Shown here: piece after piece, positions 1-9,828 of the stretch
Numbering within the stretch: position 1 is the first letter of the stretch
How the letters are laid out: each line of letters opens with the position of its first letter
Source of the DNA: Christensenella sp. UBA4651
Lineage (GTDB): Bacteria; Bacillota; Clostridia; Christensenellales; UBA1242
Direction: 5' to 3'
DNA length: 42,899 nt
Assembly (NCBI GenBank): GCA_002405615.1
Contig: DHMD01000072.1
Span: forward strand, 1 to 42,899
Position numbers and translations under genes: made by a program
Notes under the pieces: model-generated
Seen by the model: the letters and a program-made list of their open reading frames with translations, nothing else
Databases searched by the model: none
What the model was told of the DNA's origin: nothing

Positions 1-2253
1 TTACTCTGTTTTTCTTTTCCAAAAGCCAAATTTACCTTTTGTTTCGCCTAAATTAGAGATGGAAACATAATAAGTTTTTGATTCGGTTTGTTCTGAAACA
101 TTATCCGAAAATTTTGATTTGACGAGCAAATAATATTCTGTCGTTTCTGTGGGTATATCCAGCACAAAATTAAGTTTTTTGTCTGAACCTGAAATTATGG
201 ATAGCAAATTTTGACTATTTTTTGTCTTTGCGTAAAGATGATAATTATAGATTTCTTCCGCCTCCCAATCTAAGGTCAATTTGCCCTGATTTTTGGTCAA
301 ATTTAGAATAGGAATAGTTGCAATTTTGAAATTATTACTTACCTTTACTGGCGCAAATTTTGTATTAAACAAATCAGATTTTTTGTAACGCTCGGGCGTC
401 AATTCATTTGCTAATTCTAGTTTTTGCTGACCAAGGGAGAGTGTGTCTAGCGAATATGTGCTAACATTTGTGGGGCAAGCGAAGTCTCTTTTATCATCAC
501 AAATTGAGGTTAAACTTTCCCAAATTTTGACGCTTTGTCTAGCAGAAATTGTACCGCCATTCTCCGTTTTGGATAGATTGTTTTCAGCCTTTCCACTGGT
601 ATTGCCATACCAAGATAGCACAGTAAATTTAGGGGTAAAACTTACGCACCAAGCGTCAGTATTCGTGCCATCATTAGCACCAAATGTACCTGTTTTTGCC
701 GCTAAATTAGACATATTTAGCGTATTCAATTTTTTTGCAGTTCCGTCCAAAGCACAATCTTTGAGCACATCATTTATCATATATGCAGTTTCTGGACTCA
801 TCACGTTTTCACTATTATTTGGGGCTAAAAAAACAGTTTTACCAGTATGGTCTGTGATTTTGTTAATCAAATTTATAGATTTTTTACAACCCAAATTGGC
901 GAGCAGAGAATAGGCGCTTGCGATCTCTTTTATCCTTGTACCCGTTTGGGTAGCACCTAAGGCAACCGCAAGATTTTTGTCAGAGTTTTGTAGTTCAAAA
1001 CCGCATTTTTTTGCATAATTTATGGCATAATCGAGGTCGATATAAGATAAGGCTTTGACAGCAGGAATGTTGAGAGATTGTGATAAGGCAGTCCTGACAT
1101 CGGTCCAACCTATGTATTTGCCATTTGCGTTTCGAGGGGAATAACCTCCAAAATTTGTAGCGTCATCGTTTATTGGAGTTGCGGGGGAGAGGTTTCCTGT
1201 TTCAAAATTCGGAGCGTAACATACGAATGGTTTTATAGTACTGGCAGGCTGTCGGCGCTCCGAAATATTGCCAAATGTTGCAATAATTTTGCCTTTTTCG
1301 TTATCAATTACCAACGCCGCATTTTCTTTTGTTTCTGACTTTAATTTTGCAATTTTATCTTGGAGTTTGCTATTGATATTTGTATAGATTTTGTATCCCG
1401 AGCAAGATACATCTCGCTCACTTTTGTTGAGTATACTACTTGTTTCACGCAAGATTTCCTGAATATAGTCATCAAAGTTGTTTAGATTATCACTCGTTTT
1501 TAGTTCGGCCTGTGTTGCAGCCAGATATTCTGGCTCAGTGATTACTTTGTCATCTAGCATATTTTTGAGTACCAAATTACGCCGCTCTAAACAGTTTTGT
1601 GGATTAAAAATAGGGGAGTAGGTCTTCGGCGATTTGATTATTCCAGCCAAAGTTGCCGCTTCTGGTAGTGTGAGACTCGCCGCACTTTTGCCAAAATAAT
1701 TTTGCGCAGCGCTCTCAATTCCAAAAGAACCATTTCCAAAATAGATTGCATTTAGGTACGTTTCCAAGATTTTTTCTTTTGGGTATCCTTGCTCCAATTT
1801 TAGCGCCAAATACGCCTCCTGAATTTTACGAGATAGCGTCTTTTCATTAGTCAAATAGATGTTCTTAATTAGCTGTTGGGTGATAGTTGACGCCCCCTCC
1901 TTTGCATATCCCGAAAGCAAATTTGTAACCCCAGCTTTTATTATCCTACCATAATTTAGACCGCTATGTTGATAAAAAGTCTTGTCCTCAATACTCACAA
2001 ATGCTTGCGGTACAAAATCAGGCACAGACTCAATTTCGATAGTTTTTTGACCTGCTATCGAATTGGTGGAAATATGCTTGTTTTCGCTGTCGTATATTTC
2101 GTACTGATTGTTGTATAGATTGAGATTATCCAGATTAATTATATCAGGATTGCTGATTTGCCTAATTGTTACAATTACATAAATTCCAGCACTCAAAATT
2201 ATCAAAACAACTAACAAAAATAATATCAAAAAGCATTTTGCGATTTTTTTCAT
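1..2253 (-). CDS. Class A penicillin-binding protein (GT51 transglycosylase + transpeptidase, PBP1A family)
   Basis: 750-aa ORF with stop at 1-3. N-terminal TM anchor. GT51 motifs EDKTFYQHSGL and GASTITQQL; transpeptidase SxxK (ASTIKP). SD GAGGT upstream of ATG at 2253. Confidence 0.93.
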   Translation of the reverse strand: MKKIAKCFLILFLLVVLIILSAGIYVIVTIRQISNPDIINLDNLNLYNNQYEIYDSENKHISTNSIAGQKTIEIESVPDFVPQAFVSIEDKTFYQHSGLNYGRIIKAGVTNLLSGYAKEGASTITQQLIKNIYLTNEKTLSRKIQEAYLALKLEQGYPKEKILETYLNAIYFGNGSFGIESAAQNYFGKSAASLTLPEAATLAGIIKSPKTYSPIFNPQNCLERRNLVLKNMLDDKVITEPEYLAATQAELKTSDNLNNFDDYIQEILRETSSILNKSERDVSCSGYKIYTNINSKLQDKIAKLKSETKENAALVIDNEKGKIIATFGNISERRQPASTIKPFVCYAPNFETGNLSPATPINDDATNFGGYSPRNANGKYIGWTDVRTALSQSLNIPAVKALSYIDLDYAINYAKKCGFELQNSDKNLAVALGATQTGTRIKEIASAYSLLANLGCKKSINLINKITDHTGKTVFLAPNNSENVMSPETAYMINDVLKDCALDGTAKKLNTLNMSNLAAKTGTFGANDGTNTDAWCVSFTPKFTVLSWYGNTSGKAENNLSKTENGGTISARQSVKIWESLTSICDDKRDFACPTNVSTYSLDTLSLGQQKLELANELTPERYKKSDLFNTKFAPVKVSNNFKIATIPILNLTKNQGKLTLDWEAEEIYNYHLYAKTKNSQNLLSIISGSDKKLNFVLDIPTETTEYYLLVKSKFSDNVSEQTESKTYYVSISNLGETKGKFGFWKRKTE

Positions 2254-2305
2254 AAAATTACCTCATTTTTATTATGTTACAAATGATAAAAATTATTATT
2301 TATAA

Positions 2306-2334
2306 TTGATAATTTTGCTTTTTTGTTGTATAAT
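2306..2334 (+). promoter_or_regulatory. Sigma-70-type promoter for miaB-mutS-mutL-miaA
   Basis: TTGATA (2306-2311), 17-nt spacer, TATAAT (2329-2334), about 40 nt upstream of the miaB ATG. Confidence 0.55.
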
Positions 2335-2371
2335 GTGGAATATTGAAATTAATTATCGAAAGGAACGATTT

Positions 2372-3700
2372 ATGGAAAAGTTTTATTATATTTATACTTA
2401 TGGTTGTCAGATGAATGTGCATGAGTCAGAGAAGCTCGCAGGCATTCTAGAAGATAGGGGATATCAGCACGCACAATCAGTAGAAGACGCTAATGTTGTA
2501 GTGTTTAATACTTGCTGTATTCGTGAGAGTGCGGAGCAAAAGATTATGGGTAACATCGGCGCAATCAAACCTATCAAGAAAAATAAAAAAGATATGATTG
2601 TCGCAGTGTGCGGCTGTATGTCGCAACAGAAAGATATGGCGGCATTGTTACGCAAAAAATTTCCATTTGTAGACATCGTATTTGGTGCAAACAATATCGA
2701 ATTTTTCGGGGATTATTTGGACGAATTCCAGAAACAAAAGAAGTTTTGTAATCAAGTAATCGCTGATAAATCTTACCTTGAAAATGCAACAAAAGTTAAT
2801 ATGGTGAGGGACAACACTCTATATGCATATGTAAACATTATGTATGGTTGCAACAACTTTTGTACTTACTGCATTGTGCCTTATGTTCGTGGGAGAGAGG
2901 AGAGTCGCAAGCCGCAAGAGATTTATGACGAGGTAAAACGACTGCTATCTATGGGGTATAAAGTTATCACACTTCTTGGGCAAAATGTAAACTCTTATGG
3001 TCAGGACGGCAGTACAAACGGGGTAACTTTTGCAAAACTTCTAGATACCATTGCTAATTTTGACGGCGACTTTGAACTTAGGTTTATGACCTCACACCCA
3101 AAAGATTTGAGTGATGACTTGATAGAGGTTATGGCAAAGAATGCAAAAATTAGCAAATCTCTGCATTTGCCAGTGCAGGCAGGTAGCAACAAGATTTTGA
3201 AGGCGATGAATCGTAGTTATAACAAAGAAAGGTATATGGAGTTAATCCACAAAATCAAGGCAGCAATTCCAAATATCACTCTATCTACCGATATAATCGT
3301 AGGTTTCCCTGGCGAAACGGACGAAGATTATATGGAAACGGAAAAACTTTTGATTGATGTACAGTATCACAACGCATACATATTTATGTATAGCAAGAGA
3401 AAGGGCACAATTGCGGAAAAAATGGATAATCAAATTCCTTTGGCTACAAAGAGAGAGCGAATTCATAGGCTATTGGGAATCGAACACGAAATCAGCACAA
3501 AACTATTCAATCAAATGGTTGGCTCAACCCAGCGAGTTTTGGTTGAGAGCGAGAATAACCTTTACTTTATTGCAAAAGCCCAATGCGGCAAGGTTGTGAA
3601 AATAGCCAAGAGTGAGGCAAACGGCGTCAAACTCGGACAATTCTACGACTGTGAAATTACAGATTACAAAAACGGAAATTTATTAGGAAGAGTTAATTAA
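2372..3700 (+). CDS. miaB: tRNA-2-methylthio-N6-dimethylallyladenosine synthase (radical SAM methylthiotransferase)
   Basis: N-terminal YTYGCQMN, radical SAM CNNFCTYC, C-terminal TRAM-like region. Start moved to ATG 2372 (AGGAA SD at 2361-2365); the longer track ORF would begin inside the promoter. Stop overlaps the mutS ATG (TAATG). Confidence 0.93.
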   Translation: MEKFYYIYTYGCQMNVHESEKLAGILEDRGYQHAQSVEDANVVVFNTCCIRESAEQKIMGNIGAIKPIKKNKKDMIVAVCGCMSQQKDMAALLRKKFPFVDIVFGANNIEFFGDYLDEFQKQKKFCNQVIADKSYLENATKVNMVRDNTLYAYVNIMYGCNNFCTYCIVPYVRGREESRKPQEIYDEVKRLLSMGYKVITLLGQNVNSYGQDGSTNGVTFAKLLDTIANFDGDFELRFMTSHPKDLSDDLIEVMAKNAKISKSLHLPVQAGSNKILKAMNRSYNKERYMELIHKIKAAIPNITLSTDIIVGFPGETDEDYMETEKLLIDVQYHNAYIFMYSKRKGTIAEKMDNQIPLATKRERIHRLLGIEHEISTKLFNQMVGSTQRVLVESENNLYFIAKAQCGKVVKIAKSEANGVKLGQFYDCEITDYKNGNLLGRVN

Positions 3701-6318
3701 TGGAATCAGATAAAAAATATTCTAAAATGATACAACAATATTTGGACACAAAAGCAGCATTCCCTGACTGTATAATGTTTTATAGATTGGGCGACTTTTA
3801 CGAAATGTTTTTTGAGGACGCTCAAAATGTGTCTAGCGAATTAGGCTTGACCTTGACTGCTCGTGATTGCGGTTCGGGGCAAAAAGCTCCTATGTGTGGC
3901 GTGCCTTTTCATTCGGCACATAACTATGTTTCGAGGTTGGCAAACAACGGGCACAAGGTTGCGATTTGTGAGCAACTTAATACGCCAATAAAAAAGACAT
4001 CATCAGGTAATGTTGTGATTGACCGAAGTGTAGTTAGAGTAATTACCCCTGGCACTATTATGGACGAATATTTGCTGCAACAAGGCAAAAACAACTATAT
4101 TGCAGCAGTTTACGCACCTAGATCGACTGTTGTGGGATTGTCTTGGATTGACCTAAGTACTGGTGAGTTTAACATTCAGCAATTCACAGGGGATAATGCG
4201 CTAGACGATTTAAGTGATACTTTGGTGAGTATCAGTCCAGCCGAGATTATTTGTGATGAGAATACGCTGAAACTAGCGCTTGATTTGGCTTGTACAAGAA
4301 TGGGTATCGTACCTAATTTTAGCAAACACAAGTTGGAGGCCTTTGATTACAACAACGCATACAAAATGATTCTCAAACAACTCAATGCAAAGAATCTGCA
4401 GGGGTTAGGCTGCGATGACAAATCGCAAGCTATTAGTGCGGGTGGTGCTTTGCTCGACTACTTGTTGGAAACACAGATGCGTGATTTGAAGCACATCAAC
4501 AAAATTAACGTAGTAACGAGCGACTACTATATGCACCTTGACATAAACACAAGGCTAAACCTCGAAATTTGCGAAACTATGTATGACCGCAAAAAGAGGG
4601 GGTCATTATTGTGGGTATTGGACCACACAAAGACCACTATGGGTGCAAGACTCTTGCGTAGTTGGTTGGAGCAGCCTTTGCAAGATATTGCTCTAATTAA
4701 TGCGAGATTGGATGCAGTAGAGGAACTGACAAAGGATATGGTATTCCGCACCGAACTACAAGAAGCACTCAGCAATTTTCAAGACATCGAGAGGTTGTGC
4801 GGTAGGGTATCTTTCGGTAACTTGAACCCTCGCAACTGCGTGGCTTTGGGAATTTCTCTATCAAAACTACCGCATATCAAATCACTTGTATCAAAATTAA
4901 AATCTCAAATGTTTGTCGACTGCACTCACAAGATTGAGTGCCACGATGATTTGGCACAAAAATTACAGACCGCCTTTGTAGATGAGCCGCCTACCGTAAT
5001 CCGAGACGGAGGATTTATTCGCAAGGGATATAGTGCAGAACTAGACAAACTAATGGACGCAAAAAAAGATGGTCAAGACTGGATTTCTGCCTTGGAGGCA
5101 AAAGAGCGTGAATTGACTGGCGAAAAGAAACTCAAAATTTTGTATAACCGTATTGCGGGTTATTATATAGAAGTGCCAAAAGCTTCGTCAGAAAATATGC
5201 CATTTAGATTTCAAAAGGTGCAATCTATGGCAAATACAGACCGTTTTACGACTACTGATTTACGCCAATTAGAGGACACTATCAACAATGCTGAGGAGCG
5301 CAAACTAGAATTAGAGTTGCAACTATTTGACGAAATTAGGCAAGAAATTATGGACTATATTCCTTCAATTCAGCAAACTGCGCAACAAATCGCAATTATC
5401 GACTGCTTGCTTTCACTAGCGCATGTGGCTGTGCAATTCGATTACACGAGACCAACCTTTGACGAAAAGGGGACTGGTTACGAGATAATCGAATCTCGCC
5501 ATCCTGTAATTGAACGACTGATTACCAAAGAAAGGTTTGTGCCAAACGATGTTCTTTTTAACGACAAGCAACGCACAATTATAATTACAGGTCCTAATAT
5601 GGCAGGTAAGAGTACATATATGCGTCAAATTGCGCTAATTGTGCTTATGGCACATGTCGGCTGTTTTGTTCCAGCTAAATATGCTCGTGTTTCTTTGACC
5701 GACAGAATTTTTACTCGAATTGGCGCAAGCGACAACCTAGGTATGGGGCAAAGTACATTTATGGTTGAAATGAGCGAAGTTGCCAACATTATCAAAAACG
5801 CAACAAAGGACAGCCTATTGATTTTGGACGAGATTGGTAGGGGTACATCGACACAAGACGGTATGAGTATCGCTTGGGCAGTGCTCGAATATATCGCTAG
5901 TTCAATAAAAGCTCGTACACTATTCAGCACGCATTACCATAGACTGACCGATTTGCAGGGCAAATTGCCAGGAGTTGTGAATATGCGTGTAACTGTGAGC
6001 GAGTTTGACAACGAAATGACATTTTTACGCAAAGTTGAGTATGGTAGTTCTAGTCAAAGTTTCGGTGTCGAGGTTGCAAAGCTTGCTGGCATCCCTCAGA
6101 CGATTATTAATCGCGCAAAAGAGGTAATGCGTAGCCAAGAAATTGAGCATAACGACACGGTTGATGCTGCGATGGAGCAATATACAACCAAAGATTTGGG
6201 AATATCAACAAAATATGAGATGATTGCAGATATTCTCAACAAAACGGATATCAATAACCTTACTCCTTTGGAAGCATTGTCAAAGTTGTCCGAGTTAAAA
6301 AAGAAAATTAATGATTAA
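3700..6318 (+). CDS. mutS: DNA mismatch repair protein MutS
   Basis: 872 aa. N-terminal mismatch-binding GDFYEMF, Walker A GPNMAGKST, DEIGRGTS. Followed by mutL. Confidence 0.97.
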   Translation: MESDKKYSKMIQQYLDTKAAFPDCIMFYRLGDFYEMFFEDAQNVSSELGLTLTARDCGSGQKAPMCGVPFHSAHNYVSRLANNGHKVAICEQLNTPIKKTSSGNVVIDRSVVRVITPGTIMDEYLLQQGKNNYIAAVYAPRSTVVGLSWIDLSTGEFNIQQFTGDNALDDLSDTLVSISPAEIICDENTLKLALDLACTRMGIVPNFSKHKLEAFDYNNAYKMILKQLNAKNLQGLGCDDKSQAISAGGALLDYLLETQMRDLKHINKINVVTSDYYMHLDINTRLNLEICETMYDRKKRGSLLWVLDHTKTTMGARLLRSWLEQPLQDIALINARLDAVEELTKDMVFRTELQEALSNFQDIERLCGRVSFGNLNPRNCVALGISLSKLPHIKSLVSKLKSQMFVDCTHKIECHDDLAQKLQTAFVDEPPTVIRDGGFIRKGYSAELDKLMDAKKDGQDWISALEAKERELTGEKKLKILYNRIAGYYIEVPKASSENMPFRFQKVQSMANTDRFTTTDLRQLEDTINNAEERKLELELQLFDEIRQEIMDYIPSIQQTAQQIAIIDCLLSLAHVAVQFDYTRPTFDEKGTGYEIIESRHPVIERLITKERFVPNDVLFNDKQRTIIITGPNMAGKSTYMRQIALIVLMAHVGCFVPAKYARVSLTDRIFTRIGASDNLGMGQSTFMVEMSEVANIIKNATKDSLLILDEIGRGTSTQDGMSIAWAVLEYIASSIKARTLFSTHYHRLTDLQGKLPGVVNMRVTVSEFDNEMTFLRKVEYGSSSQSFGVEVAKLAGIPQTIINRAKEVMRSQEIEHNDTVDAAMEQYTTKDLGISTKYEMIADILNKTDINNLTPLEALSKLSELKKKIND

Positions 6319-6345
6319 TTTAGATGAAAGAGAGGAGGCAAAAAT

Positions 6346-8304
6346 ATGCCAAAAATCAACGTTTTAGAGCCGAAAGTTTTTAACCAAATTGCGGCAGGAG
6401 AGGTTGTGGAGCGCCCTGCTTCCATTGTCAAAGAGTTGGTTGAGAACAGTATTGATGCAGGAGCTAGCCGTATTTCAGTAGAAATTTTTGACGGCGGAAT
6501 TTCCAAAATTTTGATTAGCGACAATGGCTGTGGTATCGCTGCGGACGATATGGAATTGGCTTTTTTGCCACACGCTACCAGCAAAATTAGTGATATTACT
6601 GACATTTTTGATTTGAGTACGCTAGGTTTTCGAGGCGAAGCACTCGCTTCAATCGCTTCTGTAACACGAATTGAGGTTACCTCAAAAACCACAGAAGGTA
6701 AGGGACATACAATCAAATTAGAGGGCGGCAAAATTTTGGCAACGGGTGAGAAGGGTTCTCCTATTGGCGCATATTTTTGCGTTCAAGACCTATTTTTCAA
6801 CACTCCTGCAAGGCAAAAATTTCTAAAACAACCCAAAAAAGAAGAGTCTGAAATAACCAGCCTTATGACAAGGTTGATTTTGGCGAACCCAAACATCGCT
6901 TTTCGATACACAGCAGACGGGCGGGAAATCTTGTCTAGCACAGGCAGAGGTATTGAGGAGGCAATTTGCGCAATTTACGGTACAAAAATTTTGGAAAACC
7001 TAGTGCCAATTGATTATGTAGACGGAGATTATTCTATCAAAGGCTATATCGGCAAAACTTCATTTTTCAAGTCAAATAGGACATACCAGACAACCATTAT
7101 TAATGGTCGTTGGGTAGCAGACAGTATGGTGTCTATCGCCATTTCGCAAAGTTACGAGTCGTATATGATGAAGCACTGCTTCCCATTTTGTGTCATATAT
7201 TTTGATTTGCCGAAAGACCAGCTAGATGTAAATGTGCATCCAAATAAATTGGAGGTGAGGTTCCAAGATTCTAAAAAAGTCTTTGGCTTCGTGTATCACG
7301 CAATTTCCACATCTTTATTAGACGACCTTTCCAAAAAAACTAGACAAGAGGTTGAACTGCCTTATTCTAGACCAGTTTTATTTAATGACCCAGCAAAATT
7401 GAGTAGCACCCCTAATGAAGTTACATCATCTAACCCCGCTGAAACTGCAAACTTTGGTACAATTTCAGCGAATCCTAGCCAATCTCAACAAACACAAGAG
7501 TTAAATTTGGACTTTATTTTGGAAAATGCAAGCAAAGATGCGTCTAATAACTCTGCAAATTTGACTTTATCGAGCAGCAGTGATTCGGTGTTGGGCGAAA
7601 TTATTCTAGATAAATTAACTCAATCTGAGCCAAAATACGAATTTGATTTGGAAAATTCACAAAAAATTGAACCGAAACCTATTCAAACTCAACTTGTTGC
7701 AGATGAAATTGAAGATAAAAAAGCGTATTTGGAAACCAAAATTGTTGGGAAAATCTTCAATACTTTCATTATCGCCGAAATGGGGGACAACCTCTATTTT
7801 ATTGACCAGCACGCTGCGCACGAGCGCTTGCTCTTTGATAAGTATGTGCGTTATGTAAAGACAAAGGAAATGACTTGCCAACCACTTTTGGTACCGTACA
7901 CCATTAATGTTAATCACAAAGAGGCAGAATTTATTACCGAAAATTTGGAATTGCTACAACAGTTAGGTTTTGAAATTGACCCATTTGGCGACCTCGCTTT
8001 CAAAATTTCAGCCATTCCTAGTATTTTGCCTGACCTAAATGTAAATGCTTTTTTTGATAGTTTCCTATCAAATATAAATTCAATAGTACAAATGAAACAG
8101 ATTGATTTGGTTCTAGATAATTTGGCTGAAACTGCGTGCAAACATGCGGTAAAGGGTGGGGACGACCTCGATAGAGAGGAAATTATCAAACTCGTGAGCG
8201 ATTTTGCTGGCGGTGATGTTACTCTGCAATGTCCTCACGGCAGACCTTTTGTGGTCAAATTTACTCGTAGAGATTTGGATAAGTGGTTCAAAAGGACGGT
8301 ATAA
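6346..8304 (+). CDS. mutL: DNA mismatch repair protein MutL
   Basis: 652 aa. GHKL ATPase N-terminus (IAAGEVVERPASIVKELVENSIDAG), C-terminal dimerisation/endonuclease region (DQHAAHERLLF). SD GAGGAGG before the ATG. Confidence 0.96.
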   Translation: MPKINVLEPKVFNQIAAGEVVERPASIVKELVENSIDAGASRISVEIFDGGISKILISDNGCGIAADDMELAFLPHATSKISDITDIFDLSTLGFRGEALASIASVTRIEVTSKTTEGKGHTIKLEGGKILATGEKGSPIGAYFCVQDLFFNTPARQKFLKQPKKEESEITSLMTRLILANPNIAFRYTADGREILSSTGRGIEEAICAIYGTKILENLVPIDYVDGDYSIKGYIGKTSFFKSNRTYQTTIINGRWVADSMVSIAISQSYESYMMKHCFPFCVIYFDLPKDQLDVNVHPNKLEVRFQDSKKVFGFVYHAISTSLLDDLSKKTRQEVELPYSRPVLFNDPAKLSSTPNEVTSSNPAETANFGTISANPSQSQQTQELNLDFILENASKDASNNSANLTLSSSSDSVLGEIILDKLTQSEPKYEFDLENSQKIEPKPIQTQLVADEIEDKKAYLETKIVGKIFNTFIIAEMGDNLYFIDQHAAHERLLFDKYVRYVKTKEMTCQPLLVPYTINVNHKEAEFITENLELLQQLGFEIDPFGDLAFKISAIPSILPDLNVNAFFDSFLSNINSIVQMKQIDLVLDNLAETACKHAVKGGDDLDREEIIKLVSDFAGGDVTLQCPHGRPFVVKFTRRDLDKWFKRTV

Positions 8305-9030
8305 ATGCAAAAAGTTTTAATAATTGCGGGCTGTACGGCTGTCGGGAAATCTGCTTTTGCCCTAGAATTGAGCAAAAGCATTAATATGGAAATTATTTCG
8401 GCGGATTCAGTTCAAGTTTACCGAGGTATTGAAGTCGCCACCTCAAAGCCAACCAAAGCTGAGGAGAGGATTTGCCCACAGCATTTGATAAATATAGTAA
8501 GCCCTTTCGAAAAATTTAATGCATTCAATTTTGTCGATTTGGCAAAAAAAGCAATAGCAGAAATAGCTGGTAGGAGAAATCTACCAGTCGTTGTTGGAGG
8601 TACAGGGTTATATATAGATAGCCTGATATTCGGCTATGATTTTGTAAGTGATAGGACTCACTTGTCCGATTATGAATTCAAATTCGTACTTATTGAACAA
8701 GATAGAGATATATTGTATAGTAGGATTAACCAACGAGTTGACTTGATGATTAAAAATGGGCTAGTTGAAGAAGTCAAAAAGTTACGAGAAATTGGCATCA
8801 ATCTTGATTGTCAGTGTATGCAGGCAATTGGTTATCGTGAAATTTGGAGTTACCTAGATGGAGAAATCAGTTTGCCCGAAGCTATTTCACTAATCAAAAA
8901 GAATACTCGAAATTACGCAAAGCGTCAAATCACGTGGTTCAATCATAACGACTGCGAACGCTGGGATGTAAAAGATTTGGACAAACTCTATCAAGAGCTT
9001 TTAGAAACATACCCAGAATACAAAAAATAG
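8305..9030 (+). CDS. miaA: tRNA dimethylallyltransferase, unusually short (241 aa)
   Basis: P-loop GCTAVGKS, SADSVQVYRGIEVATSKPT, VVGGTGLYIDSL, C-terminal AIGYREIW...YAKRQITWF. Conserved position after mutL. About 70 aa shorter than typical MiaA. Confidence 0.88.
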   Translation: MQKVLIIAGCTAVGKSAFALELSKSINMEIISADSVQVYRGIEVATSKPTKAEERICPQHLINIVSPFEKFNAFNFVDLAKKAIAEIAGRRNLPVVVGGTGLYIDSLIFGYDFVSDRTHLSDYEFKFVLIEQDRDILYSRINQRVDLMIKNGLVEEVKKLREIGINLDCQCMQAIGYREIWSYLDGEISLPEAISLIKKNTRNYAKRQITWFNHNDCERWDVKDLDKLYQELLETYPEYKK

Positions 9031-9055
9031 ACTACTTTTGTAGTCTATTTTCTTT
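9028..9055. terminator. Bidirectional intrinsic terminator between convergent miaA and lexA
   Basis: TAGACTAC-tttt-GTAGTCTA hairpin (9028-9047), flanked by an A-run upstream and TTTTCTTT downstream. Contains the miaA stop codon. Confidence 0.8.
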
Positions 9056-9758
9056 ACATATTACGAATCAGTCCTACTACTTTACCAATAATTGACACTT
9101 CATCAAAATACATTGGTTCCATAGTTGGGTTTTCTGGTTGCAGTCTAAATCTTCCATTTTCTTTGTAAAATCTTTTTACAGTAGCAGAATCATCAATCAA
9201 AGCGGCAACAATCTCACCATTGTTTGCAGTATCTTGTCTCTTGATAACTACCATATCACCGTCAAAGATACCAGCTTCAATCATACTGTTACCTTTAACT
9301 TTCAAAATAAATAGGTCTGTCCCTCTAAATAAGTTATTTGGCATATAGAATACATCTTCACAGTTCTGTGTAGCCAAAATAGGTTGACCAGCAGTAATTT
9401 GCCCTAGGACAGGAATAGGGGAGTAGTTTTTTACAGCTTCCAAATCTACCTTGTCGCTGATTTCTTGCTCTGCCTTTTCAATTTCACAAATAGGTGTTGT
9501 ATCAACATCATCGATGTCGCCATCGTGAGGCTGCAAGCGCCTACCGTTCAAAATCTCAATGGCCCGATTTTTGTACACATCTCTACGAATCAAACCTTCC
9601 TCTTCCAAATAGTTTAGGTAGTATGAGATTGTAGAAGTTGAACTAATACCCATATGTGAGCCCATCTCTCTCAAAGAAGGTGGAAAACCGTTCTTCGCCT
9701 GAAATTTAATAATATATTCGAATAGTTTATCAGTCTTGTCTTGTATACGTCTTTTCAT
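9054..9758 (-). CDS. lexA: LexA repressor (S24 self-cleaving), extended inter-domain linker
   Basis: wHTH N-terminus (PPSLREMGSHMGISSTSTISYYLNYLEEEGLIRR), Ala-Gly cleavage context ITAGQP, Ser (GNSM) and Lys (VKR) dyad. Start set to ATG 9758 with AGGAG SD; the upstream in-frame ATG at 9809 lies in the -35 box. Confidence 0.93.
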   Translation of the reverse strand: MKRRIQDKTDKLFEYIIKFQAKNGFPPSLREMGSHMGISSTSTISYYLNYLEEEGLIRRDVYKNRAIEILNGRRLQPHDGDIDDVDTTPICEIEKAEQEISDKVDLEAVKNYSPIPVLGQITAGQPILATQNCEDVFYMPNNLFRGTDLFILKVKGNSMIEAGIFDGDMVVIKRQDTANNGEIVAALIDDSATVKRFYKENGRFRLQPENPTMEPMYFDEVSIIGKVVGLIRNM

Positions 9759-9780
9759 CTTAAATCTCCTTTTTCTGTCT

Positions 9781-9809
9781 ATTATAGCATAAAAATTCGC
9801 TATTGTCAA
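9781..9809 (-). promoter_or_regulatory. Consensus sigma-70 promoter of lexA
   Basis: On the - strand: TTGACA (9804-9809), 17 nt, TATAAT (9781-9786). A degenerate GAAA-N4-GTTT element (9807-9820) overlaps the -35. Confidence 0.65.
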
Positions 9810-9828
9810 ACATTTTTTCTAAACTTTC

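Noticed and set aside
443-913. 156-aa + strand ORF inside the PBP1A gene. Similar antisense or alternative-frame ORFs include 6315-6731, 15752-16198, 20878-21324, 37583-38002, 39675-39938 and 40341-40745.
   Set aside because: All are fully nested in, and mostly antisense to, well-supported genes. They lack SD sequences and have low-complexity or hydrophobic shadow-frame composition.
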